Assembly (NCBI GenBank): GCA_963844715.1
Contig: CAWJPJ010000007.1
Span: 640,001 to 704,000 of the forward strand
Direction: 5' to 3'
DNA: 64,000 nucleotides
DNA from: an uncultured Phycisphaerales bacterium
Lineage (GTDB): Bacteria > Planctomycetota > Phycisphaerae > Tepidisphaerales > Tepidisphaeraceae
Shown: positions 54,037 through 64,000 of the stretch, in pieces
Numbering within the stretch: the stretch's first letter is position 1
Layout of the letters: the number at the start of each line of letters is the position of its first letter
Position numbers and translations under genes: made by a program
Notes under the pieces: model-generated
Database searches by the model: none
Told to the model about the DNA's origin: nothing
Seen by the model: only the letters and a program-made list of their open reading frames with translations

Positions 54037-55983
54037 ATGATCCTCAGTCTTATCCTCGTCGCCCTGACCGGTGTGGTGGCTTACTTCCACTACACCCAGG
54101 GGATTTTCAGCGCCACCATCAGCGCGATCCTGGCGACGATCGCGGCGATCGTCGCCGTCGGGTTTCACGAAAACCTTGCCGTCTATATCGCCGGGGGAAA
54201 GTTTACCGAAGAGGCGGCGGCCATTTCCCTTTGCGTGCTGTTCGCCGTCACTTATATCGTTCCGAGGTTTTTAATCGACCGGTTCATTCCCGGAAACGTG
54301 CGCACTCCCGGTCCTGGTCGACAAAATCGGTTCCGGGGTCATGGGATTATGGGTTGGTCTGCTCGCCGCCGGCATCCTGGGGATCGCGGCGAAAACCCTC
54401 CCCTTTGGGCCGGACGTCGGCTATTTCGCCCGCTACGACATTGGCGACAAAACCGGCCAGTACATGGGGCAGGGCCAGGAGCAAGACGTCAACATGTACG
54501 ACGTCACCGTCAGCCCCACGCTGAATCGCGGCGATTCCACTTACGTCCCATCTGATGAGCATCTTTGGTTTCGGCAGGACGAACTGGTCATGGGCCTGGC
54601 TGGGATCGCCAGCAATGGGTCGCTTGCCGGGAGCCAGTCTCTTCTGGCCATCCATCCCAACTATCTCGATGAAACATTCGGGCAGCGAATCGGCATCCAG
54701 GTCGGCGCAACCACACCCTGTATGCGACGCCCACGTCGCCGGTGACGGTTGGAGGAACATACACCCAGCCGTCGCTGGTGCAGATCGACGGGGAAATTCC
54801 GTCCTTGCGTCCGCAGAATGAGCTGGCTCCGCAGGTGCTCCAGCCGCAGGATCCGACTCAGCAGGCGATTCTGATCGTCCGCACGGTCATCGCGCCGACC
54901 AAGGATGCCGCGGATTCCGATGGATTTCTGCGTCTCTCCGCCGGGTCGATCGAATTGGTGGTGGGGGGAGGCGAAGAACTGGGGCTTGGGTCGATCGAAT
55001 ATCATCCCATCGCGACGCTCGACCGCCGGGGAATCGCGGTGGCTTGCCGCGTCGACGATTTCCTGATCGCTCCGATGAACGGCGCTCGGACCATCGATTG
55101 GGTTTTCATGGTCGACAAGGACCGGGTTTTCGGGCCGGGCGTGAAAGATCCGCCTTATCACATCCTCCCGGGGACATTCCTGGAAGTGAAGCGATATTCC
55201 CTCGTGGATCTGTCGGACTCTCGCGTGACGTACGGCCCGCCGACGAATCGCGACAAGATCAGCCTGCTGCGCAAATCGGAAATTGACAAATCGCTTCTCG
55301 CGCTGGGGCCGCAGCAGCTTCTTGGCGTGGCTCCGCCGACGCCCCCGCAGGCCGGGGCCAGCACGGGGGATTTGGGATTGGTTTTTCAGAGTCTCTCCGT
55401 CTCCTATGACGTATTCGCCGGGCTGGACGTCCGAAAGCCGGACCGCAATGGAACGGTGCAGCTTGCCAATGGTTTAAGCGGCTCGTGGGAAGATCGCGGC
55501 TGGAAAACGCTATCGGTACCCATCGCGGAGTTGGTCAGCGTCCTCGGCGCCGCCGGCACAAACACGATCGATCATTTCGCTCCGATGGATTCGGATGTGA
55601 TGGTCCAGTTCCACATGACCCTCCCCGAATCGACCAGCGGCAAAAAGGCCTGGGACTGGGCCCGCAACGTGGCGAACCTGGAATTGGCGGATGCCGACGA
55701 TAATGCGTTCAAACCGGTGGGCGTCTGGGTGCGCGCAACCCAGAAATCACAGGAGTACATCGTCGCTTCGTTTAGCGGTAATCCAGGGGGGTTCAATCCC
55801 ATCTCGCAGCAGAACTCGAAGATCAAGCCGATGGATGTGTGGATCGCGTTCTTCGTTCCCGCCGGCGATAAATTGCAGGAATTGCGATTGAGCCAGACGG
55901 CGATTCTGGAAGATTTGACCTTTAAGGCCAACGTCCCTCCAGCCAGCCAACCGACTACGGTCGGGTCGGCGGATCCGCGTTGA
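54037..55983 (+). CDS. CvpA-family-like membrane protein with large C-terminal soluble region; two frameshifts
   Basis: N-terminal TMs (QGIFSATIS, AVGFHENLA, DKIGSG) continuing in frames 54341 and 54742. Confidence 0.55.
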
Positions 55984-56041
55984 CAGAAAATTGCGGCGAT
56001 GCCTCCAAAGCGACCTGGTTTTCCCCCCTGCTTTTATCTAG

Positions 56042-56926
56042 GGCCTGTCTGATGAATCGCTTTTGGTTATAAATAGCGGTTTTCAGACGAGGTGTCACGG
56101 ATGCGACGTTATGAGCTCACGGATGAGCAGTACGAGTTGATCGGCGATCTGCTGCCCGGCAACGGCAAGCGCGGCGGGCAGTGGAACGACCACCGCACCA
56201 CGCTCAACGGCATGTTCTGGATTCTGCACTCGGGCGCTCAATGGCGCGAGATGCCCGAACGTTACGGCAGATGGCAAAGCGTCTACGACCGCTTCAACCG
56301 CTGGAGAAAGGACGGAACGATTGATCGAATCCTCCAGCGGCTGCAGATGAGGTTGGACAAGCAAGGACGAATCGACTGGGACCTGTGGTGCATCGACGGC
56401 ACCAATGTGCGAGCCAGTCGATCCGCCGCCGGAGCCAGAAAATCAAAACCGTCCCGGAAGAACCGGCGGATCACGCGTTGGGCCGCAGCCGAGGCGGGTG
56501 GGGCAGCAAGCTCCACCTGGTTACTGACGGCCAGGGAGTTCCGCTCGCCGTCGAGGCCAGCGCCGGCCAATGCCACGAGAGCCGGTACGTGGAGCCGGTG
56601 ATGAACGCGATGCGCATCGGTCGCCGCCGTCGTCGCCCCAGGAGGCTGGCGGGCGACAAGGGATACAGTTACGGAAATGTGCGGCGATGGCTGCGTCGCC
56701 ACCGAATCCAAGCGGTGATCCCGGCGAAATCGAATCAGCCGCCGCAGGAGAACTTTGATCGCAAGGCGTATCGCCGACGGAACGTGGTGGAGCGTTGCGT
56801 GAATTGGATGAAGGAGAATCGCCGCCTGGGCACGCGTTACGAGAAACTGGCGGTGAACTTTCAGGCCATGGCCAAGCTCGCCATGATCCGTCGCTATTTC
56901 AGGATTTTGGATTCATCAGACAGGCC
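56042..56926 (+). mobile_element. IS5-family element (IS427-like), 885 bp
   Basis: Perfect 17-bp TIR GGCCTGTCTGATGAATC at both ends; flanked by CTAG (56038-56041, 56927-56930). Confidence 0.93.
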
Positions 56927-56930
56927 CTAG
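56101..56930 (+). CDS. IS5-family transposase in two frames (orfB is -1)
   Basis: LTDEQY, GAQWREMPERYG, IDGTNVRA; LGRSRGG, GDKGY, YRRRNVVER, TRYEK. Confidence 0.9.
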
Positions 56931-57296
56931 TCCCTTTTGCCCGGAACCTAATGATATCGGCTTACCGTCACTTTCCTATTTCGCGACTTTTGGCGGTCGG
57001 TTTGCGACCACGCGCGATTCGGTGATTTTGCGTGCTTTTTCTGCCATTCTTCGAACTTGGGGGGCTAGGCTTGCGATAATTCGAGGTCGGGTAGCAACTA
57101 TTTCGACTCTCCAGCAAAATGGGAGATCATCTAAAGAAATGTAGATTTCTGCTTGCATTGCTCATATATCTGATAATATAGAGAAAAGATAACGGTTGAG
57201 CCGGGTTGTTTTAAACATCTCCTAGTGACGGCAAATGGGGGTTTTGGCTGTTAAATTGGTGAATTTAGGTTGGATAATCCTTTTGGGAAGGAGCGG

Positions 57297-58520
57297 ATGA
57301 TCATGCAGAATCGCGCAACAGGGACACGCCATATCATTTTTCAGGGTCTTTTTGCATTAAGCGCGGGGCTTTGGGCGACGAGGGCCGCAGCAATTTCGAT
57401 GACAGTAAATCCCACGGGGACCGTAACCCTTACCATACCACCGCCACTCGGTACTGGAGTGGCAAACAAGGTCAGTCAAGCCAGCGTTTATGTGCAGAGC
57501 CAAACTCCTGGCGGGGTGGCGACATGGGCATCGGGCGACAACGCTACAACCCTTGCCACGGGAGTCTACGACTATACGACCGGGACGATTAAAAACGTCA
57601 ACGTTAATGCTGCGGGGAACGTGTATGTTGCCATTAACGCAAAGAAAATCTTCCGTAACAAAAACGCAAATACGGTGACGGTTTATCAGGGCCAATTTAG
57701 TGGTTTCTTTGCAAGCCCCGGAGACGGCAAAACGCTCGGATCACCGCCACTTCCGGCCTCGGCAGACATCGATCTCAGCACGACGTTCACCTATGCGGAT
57801 AATGCGGCTGGGGCCGCGATAGCAACGAAGGCCGGTATCTTTATCGACCCCACTTATAGCTATGTGGTCACAAATTCACTGGATCACACGGGGACCCTAA
57901 GCTTTTCAGACACAGGTAATTTGAGTTCTGTGCTGGGTTCCGGGCCCATGGATGTCCAGGGTTTAGTCGATTACGCCGACGGCAGCGAGACTCAAAATAA
58001 TGGCGCCACAGAATCGATTTTCGGGACTACGTTGTCGATCGATTCAATCAATGTTGAGGGTCTGGATGATGCGGGGAATCCGATTCTTTCCGGTGGAGAG
58101 GTATCCATTACTGATGGAAACGGGAATAATTATCTTCACGGTACATTAACCAATATCATCGCCGATCCCAACGGGGGAGATCCTATTTTTCAGGCTACGA
58201 TTGGCGACCTGACGCTGGGCGACGGCTCGGATTCCGGGCTCGACTCGCAATTGCTTCAGGATTGGGATGTGGAAGACTCATCGACCACCCCTTTAACGAT
58301 TTATTTTGATCCGTCGTTTATTGCGAATACAACTCTTTTCTCTAAATCGGAGGATACCCCCAGTTTTATTGAGATTGCACCGGTACCCGAGCCATCCGCT
58401 CTAGTATTGCTCGCTACTACGGGGCTATGGGGCATGATGTCCCGTCGCCAACGCGCCATCACGTCATCACCTTTGCGAATGACAGATCCTGTTAACGATG
58501 GACAGTTCCCACGAATCTAA
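57297..58520 (+). CDS. PEP-CTERM sorting-domain surface protein
   Basis: Signal peptide, T/G/N/D-rich body, VPEPSALVLLATTGLWGMMSRRQR; SD AAGGAG; lower GC. Confidence 0.85.
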   Translation: MIMQNRATGTRHIIFQGLFALSAGLWATRAAAISMTVNPTGTVTLTIPPPLGTGVANKVSQASVYVQSQTPGGVATWASGDNATTLATGVYDYTTGTIKNVNVNAAGNVYVAINAKKIFRNKNANTVTVYQGQFSGFFASPGDGKTLGSPPLPASADIDLSTTFTYADNAAGAAIATKAGIFIDPTYSYVVTNSLDHTGTLSFSDTGNLSSVLGSGPMDVQGLVDYADGSETQNNGATESIFGTTLSIDSINVEGLDDAGNPILSGGEVSITDGNGNNYLHGTLTNIIADPNGGDPIFQATIGDLTLGDGSDSGLDSQLLQDWDVEDSSTTPLTIYFDPSFIANTTLFSKSEDTPSFIEIAPVPEPSALVLLATTGLWGMMSRRQRAITSSPLRMTDPVNDGQFPRI

Positions 58521-58544
58521 AACAGGGTGCGCTGACCGATCCGC

Positions 58545-59111
58545 TTAGTTCCCCGATGGAAGACCTTGCAATCGGTCGTTGACCGCCTTGAGCGGATCGT
58601 TCTGATCGGATTGTCCGGATTGCTGTTGGGGGTTGGTCTGTCCGGGGGACGGCGCGGCGGCGACCGGTTGGCCGTGGTATGGCAGCACCAACTGCTGCCC
58701 GTCGCGCATGACGGTCAAGTGTCCGCTATGCGTGTACGCCTCGCGGACGCTGAGGTCCGCCGACTCTTCATCCTGCGCATCGGGCATTGCCCATTCGACG
58801 CTTTGATACTCCGCCATCACGATTTGATCGTGCAGCTTCAGGCCGAAGTACGACGCCAACGGGCTGTCGGGTTGGAGGCGTGTCACTTCGAGGTATGCGA
58901 GTTTGCCGTCCGCCCTCTTCTGCGGGGTCAATTGATAGGTGTCCTCGATATGCGTTCCGTTGTCGGTCACGCCGGCGATCTGTTCGACTTGCTGTCTTGC
59001 CTGATCACCCGCTTGGATGGTCGCCGGCGCTGTGTCCGCCTCCATCTTGAGCATGATGGCGACGGCGATTAACAAGCCGAGGAGTCCAAAACCCGCACCC
59101 AGTATTCGCAT
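58545..59111 (-). CDS. Membrane-anchored hypothetical protein, possible PDZ-like fold
   Basis: N-terminal TM; VTRLQPDSPLASYFGLKLHDQI...LTVMRDGQQL. Confidence 0.55.
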   Translation of the reverse strand: MRILGAGFGLLGLLIAVAIMLKMEADTAPATIQAGDQARQQVEQIAGVTDNGTHIEDTYQLTPQKRADGKLAYLEVTRLQPDSPLASYFGLKLHDQIVMAEYQSVEWAMPDAQDEESADLSVREAYTHSGHLTVMRDGQQLVLPYHGQPVAAAPSPGQTNPQQQSGQSDQNDPLKAVNDRLQGLPSGN

Positions 59112-59150
59112 ACGCACCTCGCGCCAGAAAGAAAATTCTAGCCTGTTTGA

Positions 59151-59875
59151 TCAAATGTTTCTGGCGGCAATCAGATCAATATCGGGATGCGCCTCGATTT
59201 TTGCGCCATGTCAAAAAATCGTTTCCTGGCGTTGAAACCGATCAATAGGTCGATATCAACGCTCTGATCGTTCCCGTGCCGCGTGAAATCCAGTTCCTCG
59301 ATGCGCAGTCCGTCGGTCTGGAGGGCCGCGACGGTCTGCCTGACGCATTCCGGGGCCCATTTGCGGCGCAGCGTAACTCGCACGAGCTTAATTCGCGGCA
59401 GACGCAGCTCAACATAGTGCAACATCCATAAGACGCAGACAACGAGGATCGCCGCCGCGGCGGTGAGGAGATACAGCCCCATCCCGGCCGCCAGGCCCAG
59501 CGCCGTGGCGCACCATAGCGCCGCCGCCGTGGTGAGCCCGCGCACCGTCGGGCCTTCCTTGATGATCGCTCCGGCGCAGAGCAGGCCGATGCCGGTCATC
59601 ACGCCGTAGGCGATTCGAGCCGGGTCGATTCCGATTTCGAATCCCTTGTACGCCGCCCAATCGCGCTGGGCGAATTGGATGGACACGATCATCGCCAAAG
59701 CCGCGCCGATGCTGATGAGGATAGTGGTGCGCAACCCCGCCTCGCGGCCGCGCATTTCGCGTTCCAATCCGACCAGCCCTCCGGCCAATGCGGCAAGGAC
59801 CAGACGCAGAATTCCCTCCAGCGGCATTCCCAAAGTGGCGGTTAAGGCTCGAAGGTGGGCGTCCAGATCGGTCAT
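59151..59875 (-). CDS. MgtC/SapB-family membrane protein; frameshift near the 3' end
   Basis: GGLVGLERE, AGLRT, DPARIA, GLTTAAALW. Confidence 0.88.
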
Positions 59876-59978
59876 GCAAGTTTGCCGGAACCAAAATATT
59901 GTACCTCTAAATCGGGGTAATGGGGCCTCTTCCGGCTATAATCCGCAGGGCGGCGGTTTCCTGCCTAGGAGTAAGATC

Positions 59979-60653
59979 GTGAGCAAAAGACAAATTCGGT
60001 TGGGTTGGGTCTGGATCGCGTTGGCTGCCGCCGGAGCGGGGTACGGCAGTGCACCGAACCAGCCTGCTCGCGCTCCGATTCGGCAGCCGACCAGCCCCGC
60101 GGTGATCGCCCAGGATCAGGCCGCCGTCGTCTCCGCGAAAGCGGATTTTGACAAGGCAACGCAGGATGAAGATTCAGTTGCCGCCAAATATCGGGTTGGA
60201 TTCGAGGCGACCAAGCCGTGGATGGACGCATCGGCCGATCTAAAGTCCGCTCAGGCGGATCTGGATGCCGCCAAGCAGCATGTGATGTCGAATCTGAACC
60301 AAAACAGCGATTATACGGCTGCGGTTGCCGACCAGCAGAAAAGCTCGGGCGACCTGGCGATTGCCCGCTCGTCTCCCGATGCCACGCCGGATATCCTTGG
60401 GCCGCTGGTTACGGCGGCTTATGATTCTCAGGCAAAGGTGAAGAAAATGGAGGAGGAAGCGATGGCTTCGGACCCGGATGTCGCCGCGGCGGGGCAAAAA
60501 GTCGCCGCCGCAAAACAGGCGGTCGACGATCTCAATCAGAAGTTTCAGACGTCCCTGGGGGACAAGCCCGATTGGAAAACCGCCGACGATGCCGCCCAAG
60601 CCGCCAAAAAACGCCTCACCGACGCCCAGACGAAGCTCAACGCGGATACATAA
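59979..60653 (+). CDS. Secreted alanine-rich coiled-coil protein
   Basis: SD AGGAG, GTG start, signal peptide, A/Q/D/K-rich helices. Confidence 0.65.
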   Translation: MSKRQIRLGWVWIALAAAGAGYGSAPNQPARAPIRQPTSPAVIAQDQAAVVSAKADFDKATQDEDSVAAKYRVGFEATKPWMDASADLKSAQADLDAAKQHVMSNLNQNSDYTAAVADQQKSSGDLAIARSSPDATPDILGPLVTAAYDSQAKVKKMEEEAMASDPDVAAAGQKVAAAKQAVDDLNQKFQTSLGDKPDWKTADDAAQAAKKRLTDAQTKLNADT

Positions 60654-60786
60654 AAGCTTCGGGCGCAACGTATAAAAACCAAATCTTGTAAATCCGCGCG
60701 GGGCGCATACTATCTAAAGATTGCGTTTGGACGGCGCTTGCGCGGGAGTGATCCCCGGGCGACGTCCGCGGGCGGTGCGCCGATGC

Positions 60787-61045
60787 GGAAGGCGGACCGC
60801 AGGGCTTTTGGAATCGACATGAACTTGGTCAATCTGGGAGTTTGGAGCCAGAAGGCAGCCGCGATCGTCCTGATCGCCTCGGCGGCAGCGTTTTTGCTGG
60901 GCGCCGCGGCGGTTTTTGTTTCACGAATCGCGGTTTCGCCCCTGTTTCGGGGTTTGGCAACGCGCCTTTTCGGCGCCGCGCCATCGCCCCCGTTCCGGTT
61001 CGGATTTCTTCCGGCCGGCGTTTTCCCGTGCCTGTGCGGCCCTCC
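60787..61045 (+). ncRNA. 6S RNA-like structured RNA
   Basis: Nested pairings form a rod with a central bubble (see findings); promoter TTGTAA-16-TACTAT at 60686-60713; directly upstream of rny. Confidence 0.5.
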
Positions 61046-61168
61046 CAACGGATCAATCCCAACTCGCGCTCCTCCGGCCCACCAGGCCGGAGCTGATTCG
61101 AGCCGGGATTTTGACCTTTTCACGCTCTTCTCCATCGCCCATCCCAGGTTTCCGCGGACTATATTCGC

Positions 61169-62719
61169 ATGACCCTGATCCTCGGCATTTGCGCAGGGGT
61201 GGTCGTCGGCGCGGTACTGGCGCTGGGAATCCTCAAGGTAATGGGCCGGAACGCGCTGGTGCGTGCCCAGAGCGAAGCCGCGCGCGTTAAGGAAAACGCC
61301 GTTCTCGAGGGGCAGAACAAGGCCCAGCAACTCGAACTTTCGGCGCGGCAGGAACAAGCCAAACGCAAAGAGCAAATTGACCGCGACACGGAAGCGGCCC
61401 GCGCCGAACTGAAGAACCTGGAGGCCCGCCTCTCCAAGCGCGAGGATACCCTCGATCGCAAGCTGGACACGCTTTCGGTGAAGGAAAAGCAGCTTGACGA
61501 CCTGGAAAGGCGCATGGCCGGCGCGAAAAGGCCCTGGTTGCCAAGGAAGAGCAACTGAGCCAGATTCTGCGGCAGCAGAAGGATCAGCTCCTGCAAATGA
61601 CCGGGATGTCGCCCGAATCCGCCAAGGAATTGCTTCTTAAACGGATCGAGGAAGACTGCAAGCTGGAAGCCGGCGCGCTGATTCAGCGAATCACCGAAGC
61701 CGGCCCAGGACGAAGCCAAGGACAAGAGCCGCCAGATCATCCTCCAGGCGATCCAGCGCTACGCGGCGGAGCAGACAGCCGATCACACCGTCAGCACGGT
61801 GACCATTCCCACCGATGACATGAAAGGCCGCGTGATCGGCCGCGAAGGCCGGAACATCCGCAGCTTCGAGAAAGCTACCGGCGTCGATGTCATCATCGAC
61901 GATACGCCCGGGGTGGTCGTCGTCAGTTGCTTCGATCCGGTACGCCGTGAAATCGCCAGAATCTCGCTGGAGCGGCTGGTGCAGGACGGGCGCATTCACC
62001 CGGCGCGCATCGAGGAGGTCGTCACCGCGACCAGCAAGGAGATGGATGACGAACTCGTGCGGCTCGGCAAGGAAGCCGCGCAGGAGGCGAATCTCCAGCT
62101 TGCGAAGCCGATCATTCCCATGCTCGGACGCCTGGCGTTCCGAACCAGCTACGGGCAAAACGTGCTCAAGCATTCGCTGGAGGTGGCGTATCTTTCGCAG
62201 GTGATCGCCGATGAACTCGGCCTCGACGGCAATCTCGCCCGCCGTGCCGGCCTGCTGCACGACATCGGGAAGGCCATGGACCATGAGCAGGAGGGCGGCC
62301 ATCCCCAGCTAGGCAAGGAATTCCTCCAGCGCTTCGACGAGCCCGAGGCGGTCCTGAACGCGGCCCTGGCGCATCATGGGGACGTTCCATCGACAACGGT
62401 TTACACGCCGATCGTCATGGCCGCCGACGCGATCAGCGCCAGCCGTCCGGGAGCGCGGCGTGAAAGTCTGGAGCGATACGTCAAGCGTCTCCAGGAATTG
62501 GAAGACCTGGCGATGACATTCGAGGGGGTTCGGCAGGCTTACGCCATCCAAGCCGGCCGCGAGGTTCGCGTGATCGTCGACGCACGATTGGTGGACGACC
62601 GCATCAGCGCCAAAATCGCCCGCGACATCGCGGAGAAGATCGAGAAAGAGCTGAATTATCCGGGGGAGATCAAAGTCACGCTGATTCGGGAAGTGCGGAC
62701 CGTGGAATACGCTCGGTGA
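61169..62719 (+). CDS. rny: Ribonuclease Y; two frameshifts (near 61520 and 61705)
   Basis: N-terminal TM and coiled coil, [13 protein letters not shown] (KH), LLHDIGK (HD), [20 protein letters not shown]. Confidence 0.93.
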
Positions 62720-62740
62720 CTCATTCCGCGCTGGGGAGCA

Positions 62741-63309
62741 TCAGCTACCTGGATTGGATTCCGTCCGAATTTTTTCCCACATTTCACCCAGACCCATTTG
62801 CGCCGCCCACCGCGTTATGTACGCGATATCGATCTGGTCTTGGCAAGTCTTAAGAACGCCGGCGATGTCCCGAAGATGCTTTTCCGATCCGCCCTCGCGG
62901 TAGTATTCCATCTTTTTTATGATCGTGTCCTCGGGGGAGGCGAAGCATGCGTCAAAGTCCTCTGCCGCTTGCAGCCGTCGAGTTCGGGCGAATCGTGACT
63001 CGTTGAAGGGATTCGCATCCGGCACGATCACGTCAACCTTCAGGCCGACGCCGGTTGAATGATATTAAACTGAGATTTCCTGAGCACCGCTTCGTGCGCG
63101 GCCGCCTCGCTGACGTAAAAATCGGATTCTGGGAACCGGCGACAGAATTCCGCGACTCGAGATGCGGGTAAATCGACGACCACATCAATGTCGTTGGTGA
63201 ATCGCGGCTCTCCGTAAAAGATCGTCGCGGTGGATCCGGTTACGAAATACCGAAGGCCCATATCCTCAAGGACGCGGGCAACGTATCGGAGGAGATCAGA
63301 CTGCTCCAT
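62741..63309 (-). CDS. Nucleotidyltransferase-fold putative toxin; frameshift near 63045
   Basis: VTGSTATIFYGEPRFTNDIDVVV (GS...DxD), SPEDTIIKK, SEKHLRDI. Confidence 0.75.
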
Positions 63310-63495
63310 GCGACAGCCTCCGCGCTGCCTCCTGTTCGAGGCGTCGTTCTTCCCAATCGGGGTGCTGGGCGCACAGATGGCTGAGCAGCATCTTCCGGCG
63401 CTGGAATACATATTGGCGGCAATGCGCAGTCGCTCGGCTCCGGATTTGGCGCGGATGACGCGAGCCATATCGTCGTCGATTACTTCAATAACCAT
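63296..63495 (-). CDS. Small helical putative antitoxin (Rv0078B/MenA1-like); frameshift near 63398
   Basis: RAKSGAERLRIA...MLLSHLCAQHPDWEERRLEQE; overlaps the NTase start. Confidence 0.55.
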
Positions 63496-63652
63496 CGGTC
63501 TTTGATGTGCGCCGTTTCCCACGCCGGTACTTTAGCCATAGGCCGGGGACAATGACAATCGCGCTATTTGCAGGGTCTGGCGGATAGTTCTGCAAAACGG
63601 AAAAAACAAATCGGGCGCGGTGAGATATCAACAATCTGATTGGAAGTGGAGA

Positions 63653-64000
63653 CTACTTACCGGCCGGGATCGGGATACCCAGGCGGGCGATACGGCGGTT
63701 TAGCCGCTGGATGTTGATCCCCAGCACGCGGCTGGCGGCGGCTTTGTTGAAGTTCACTTTCTTAAGAGCCTTGGCGATCGTGCATCGCTCGATGTCTTCG
63801 AGGCTCATATCCTCGCCGCTGCCCTGGACCAGCGTGCTGGCCTGGAGGCGCGGCGGAAGATCGGCAACCATCACTTCCTGGCCCGAAGCGATCACGTGGG
63901 CGTGTTCCATCACGTTCGCCAGTTCACGCACGTTGCCGGGCCAGGGATAGGCCCGCAGAAGCATCTGAACTTCCGGCGACAGCGTCTTGAGCGTTTCGCG
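63653..64000 (-). CDS. Sigma54-dependent activator (NtrC/Fis family), C-terminal part
   Basis: YPWPGNVRELAN, FNKAAASRVLGI Fis-type HTH; truncated by the window end. Confidence 0.88.
   Translation of the reverse strand, partial: RETLKTLSPEVQMLLRAYPWPGNVRELANVMEHAHVIASGQEVMVADLPPRLQASTLVQGSGEDMSLEDIERCTIAKALKKVNFNKAAASRVLGINIQRLNRRIARLGIPIPAGK

Noticed and set aside
56437..56448. Programmed -1 frameshift signal in the IS5 transposase
   Set aside because: The frame change is at the usual place, but AGAAAATCAAAA lacks a clear slippery heptamer and cannot be told apart from a homopolymer error in this assembly.
60738..61172. 144-aa ORF (and antisense 60710..61375) upstream of rny
   Set aside because: No recognisable motifs or SD; extensive base-pairing explains the region better as RNA.

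Overview
GC-rich bacterial chromosome segment, most likely a planctomycete of class Phycisphaerae. This is inferred from a DUF1559/H-X9-DG prepilin protein, ECF sigma factors with transmembrane C-terminal extensions, an HTH-REC regulator and a PEP-CTERM protein. Most of the window is housekeeping: leuB, trxB, rnpA-yidD, dnaB, tRNA-His, hisF, hisC-hisB, ppx, hppA, a glmM-like gene, cysE, HU, bioF, rlmN, a gmd-fcl sugar cluster, a partial atp operon and rny. More than 20 genes, many essential, carry single-base frameshifts, which points to an unpolished long-read assembly rather than real pseudogenes. The main points of interest are: (1) a complete 2.2 kb IS1595-family transporter element (24-bp TIRs, 8-bp TSD) carrying three passenger ORFs, one a HEPN-fold protein; (2) two tandem membrane-anchored ECF sigma genes with near-identical upstream/sigma2 and TM modules but unrelated C-terminal domains (VOC vs SecDF-head); (3) a ppx operon with two thymidylate-kinase-like paralogues, one with a K-to-R Walker A; (4) an unannotated ~260-nt rod-like RNA before rny resembling 6S RNA; (5) a DnaA-box cluster beside dnaB (oriC candidate); (6) a nested REP-in-REP family with empty and filled copies; (7) an atpB with a ~100-aa His-rich insertion in an operon that stops at atpA; (8) a GspE-like pseudo-ATPase; (9) three toxin-antitoxin loci in different states; (10) an IS5 next to a lower-GC PEP-CTERM gene. 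All calls are from motif recognition by eye; no searches were run.
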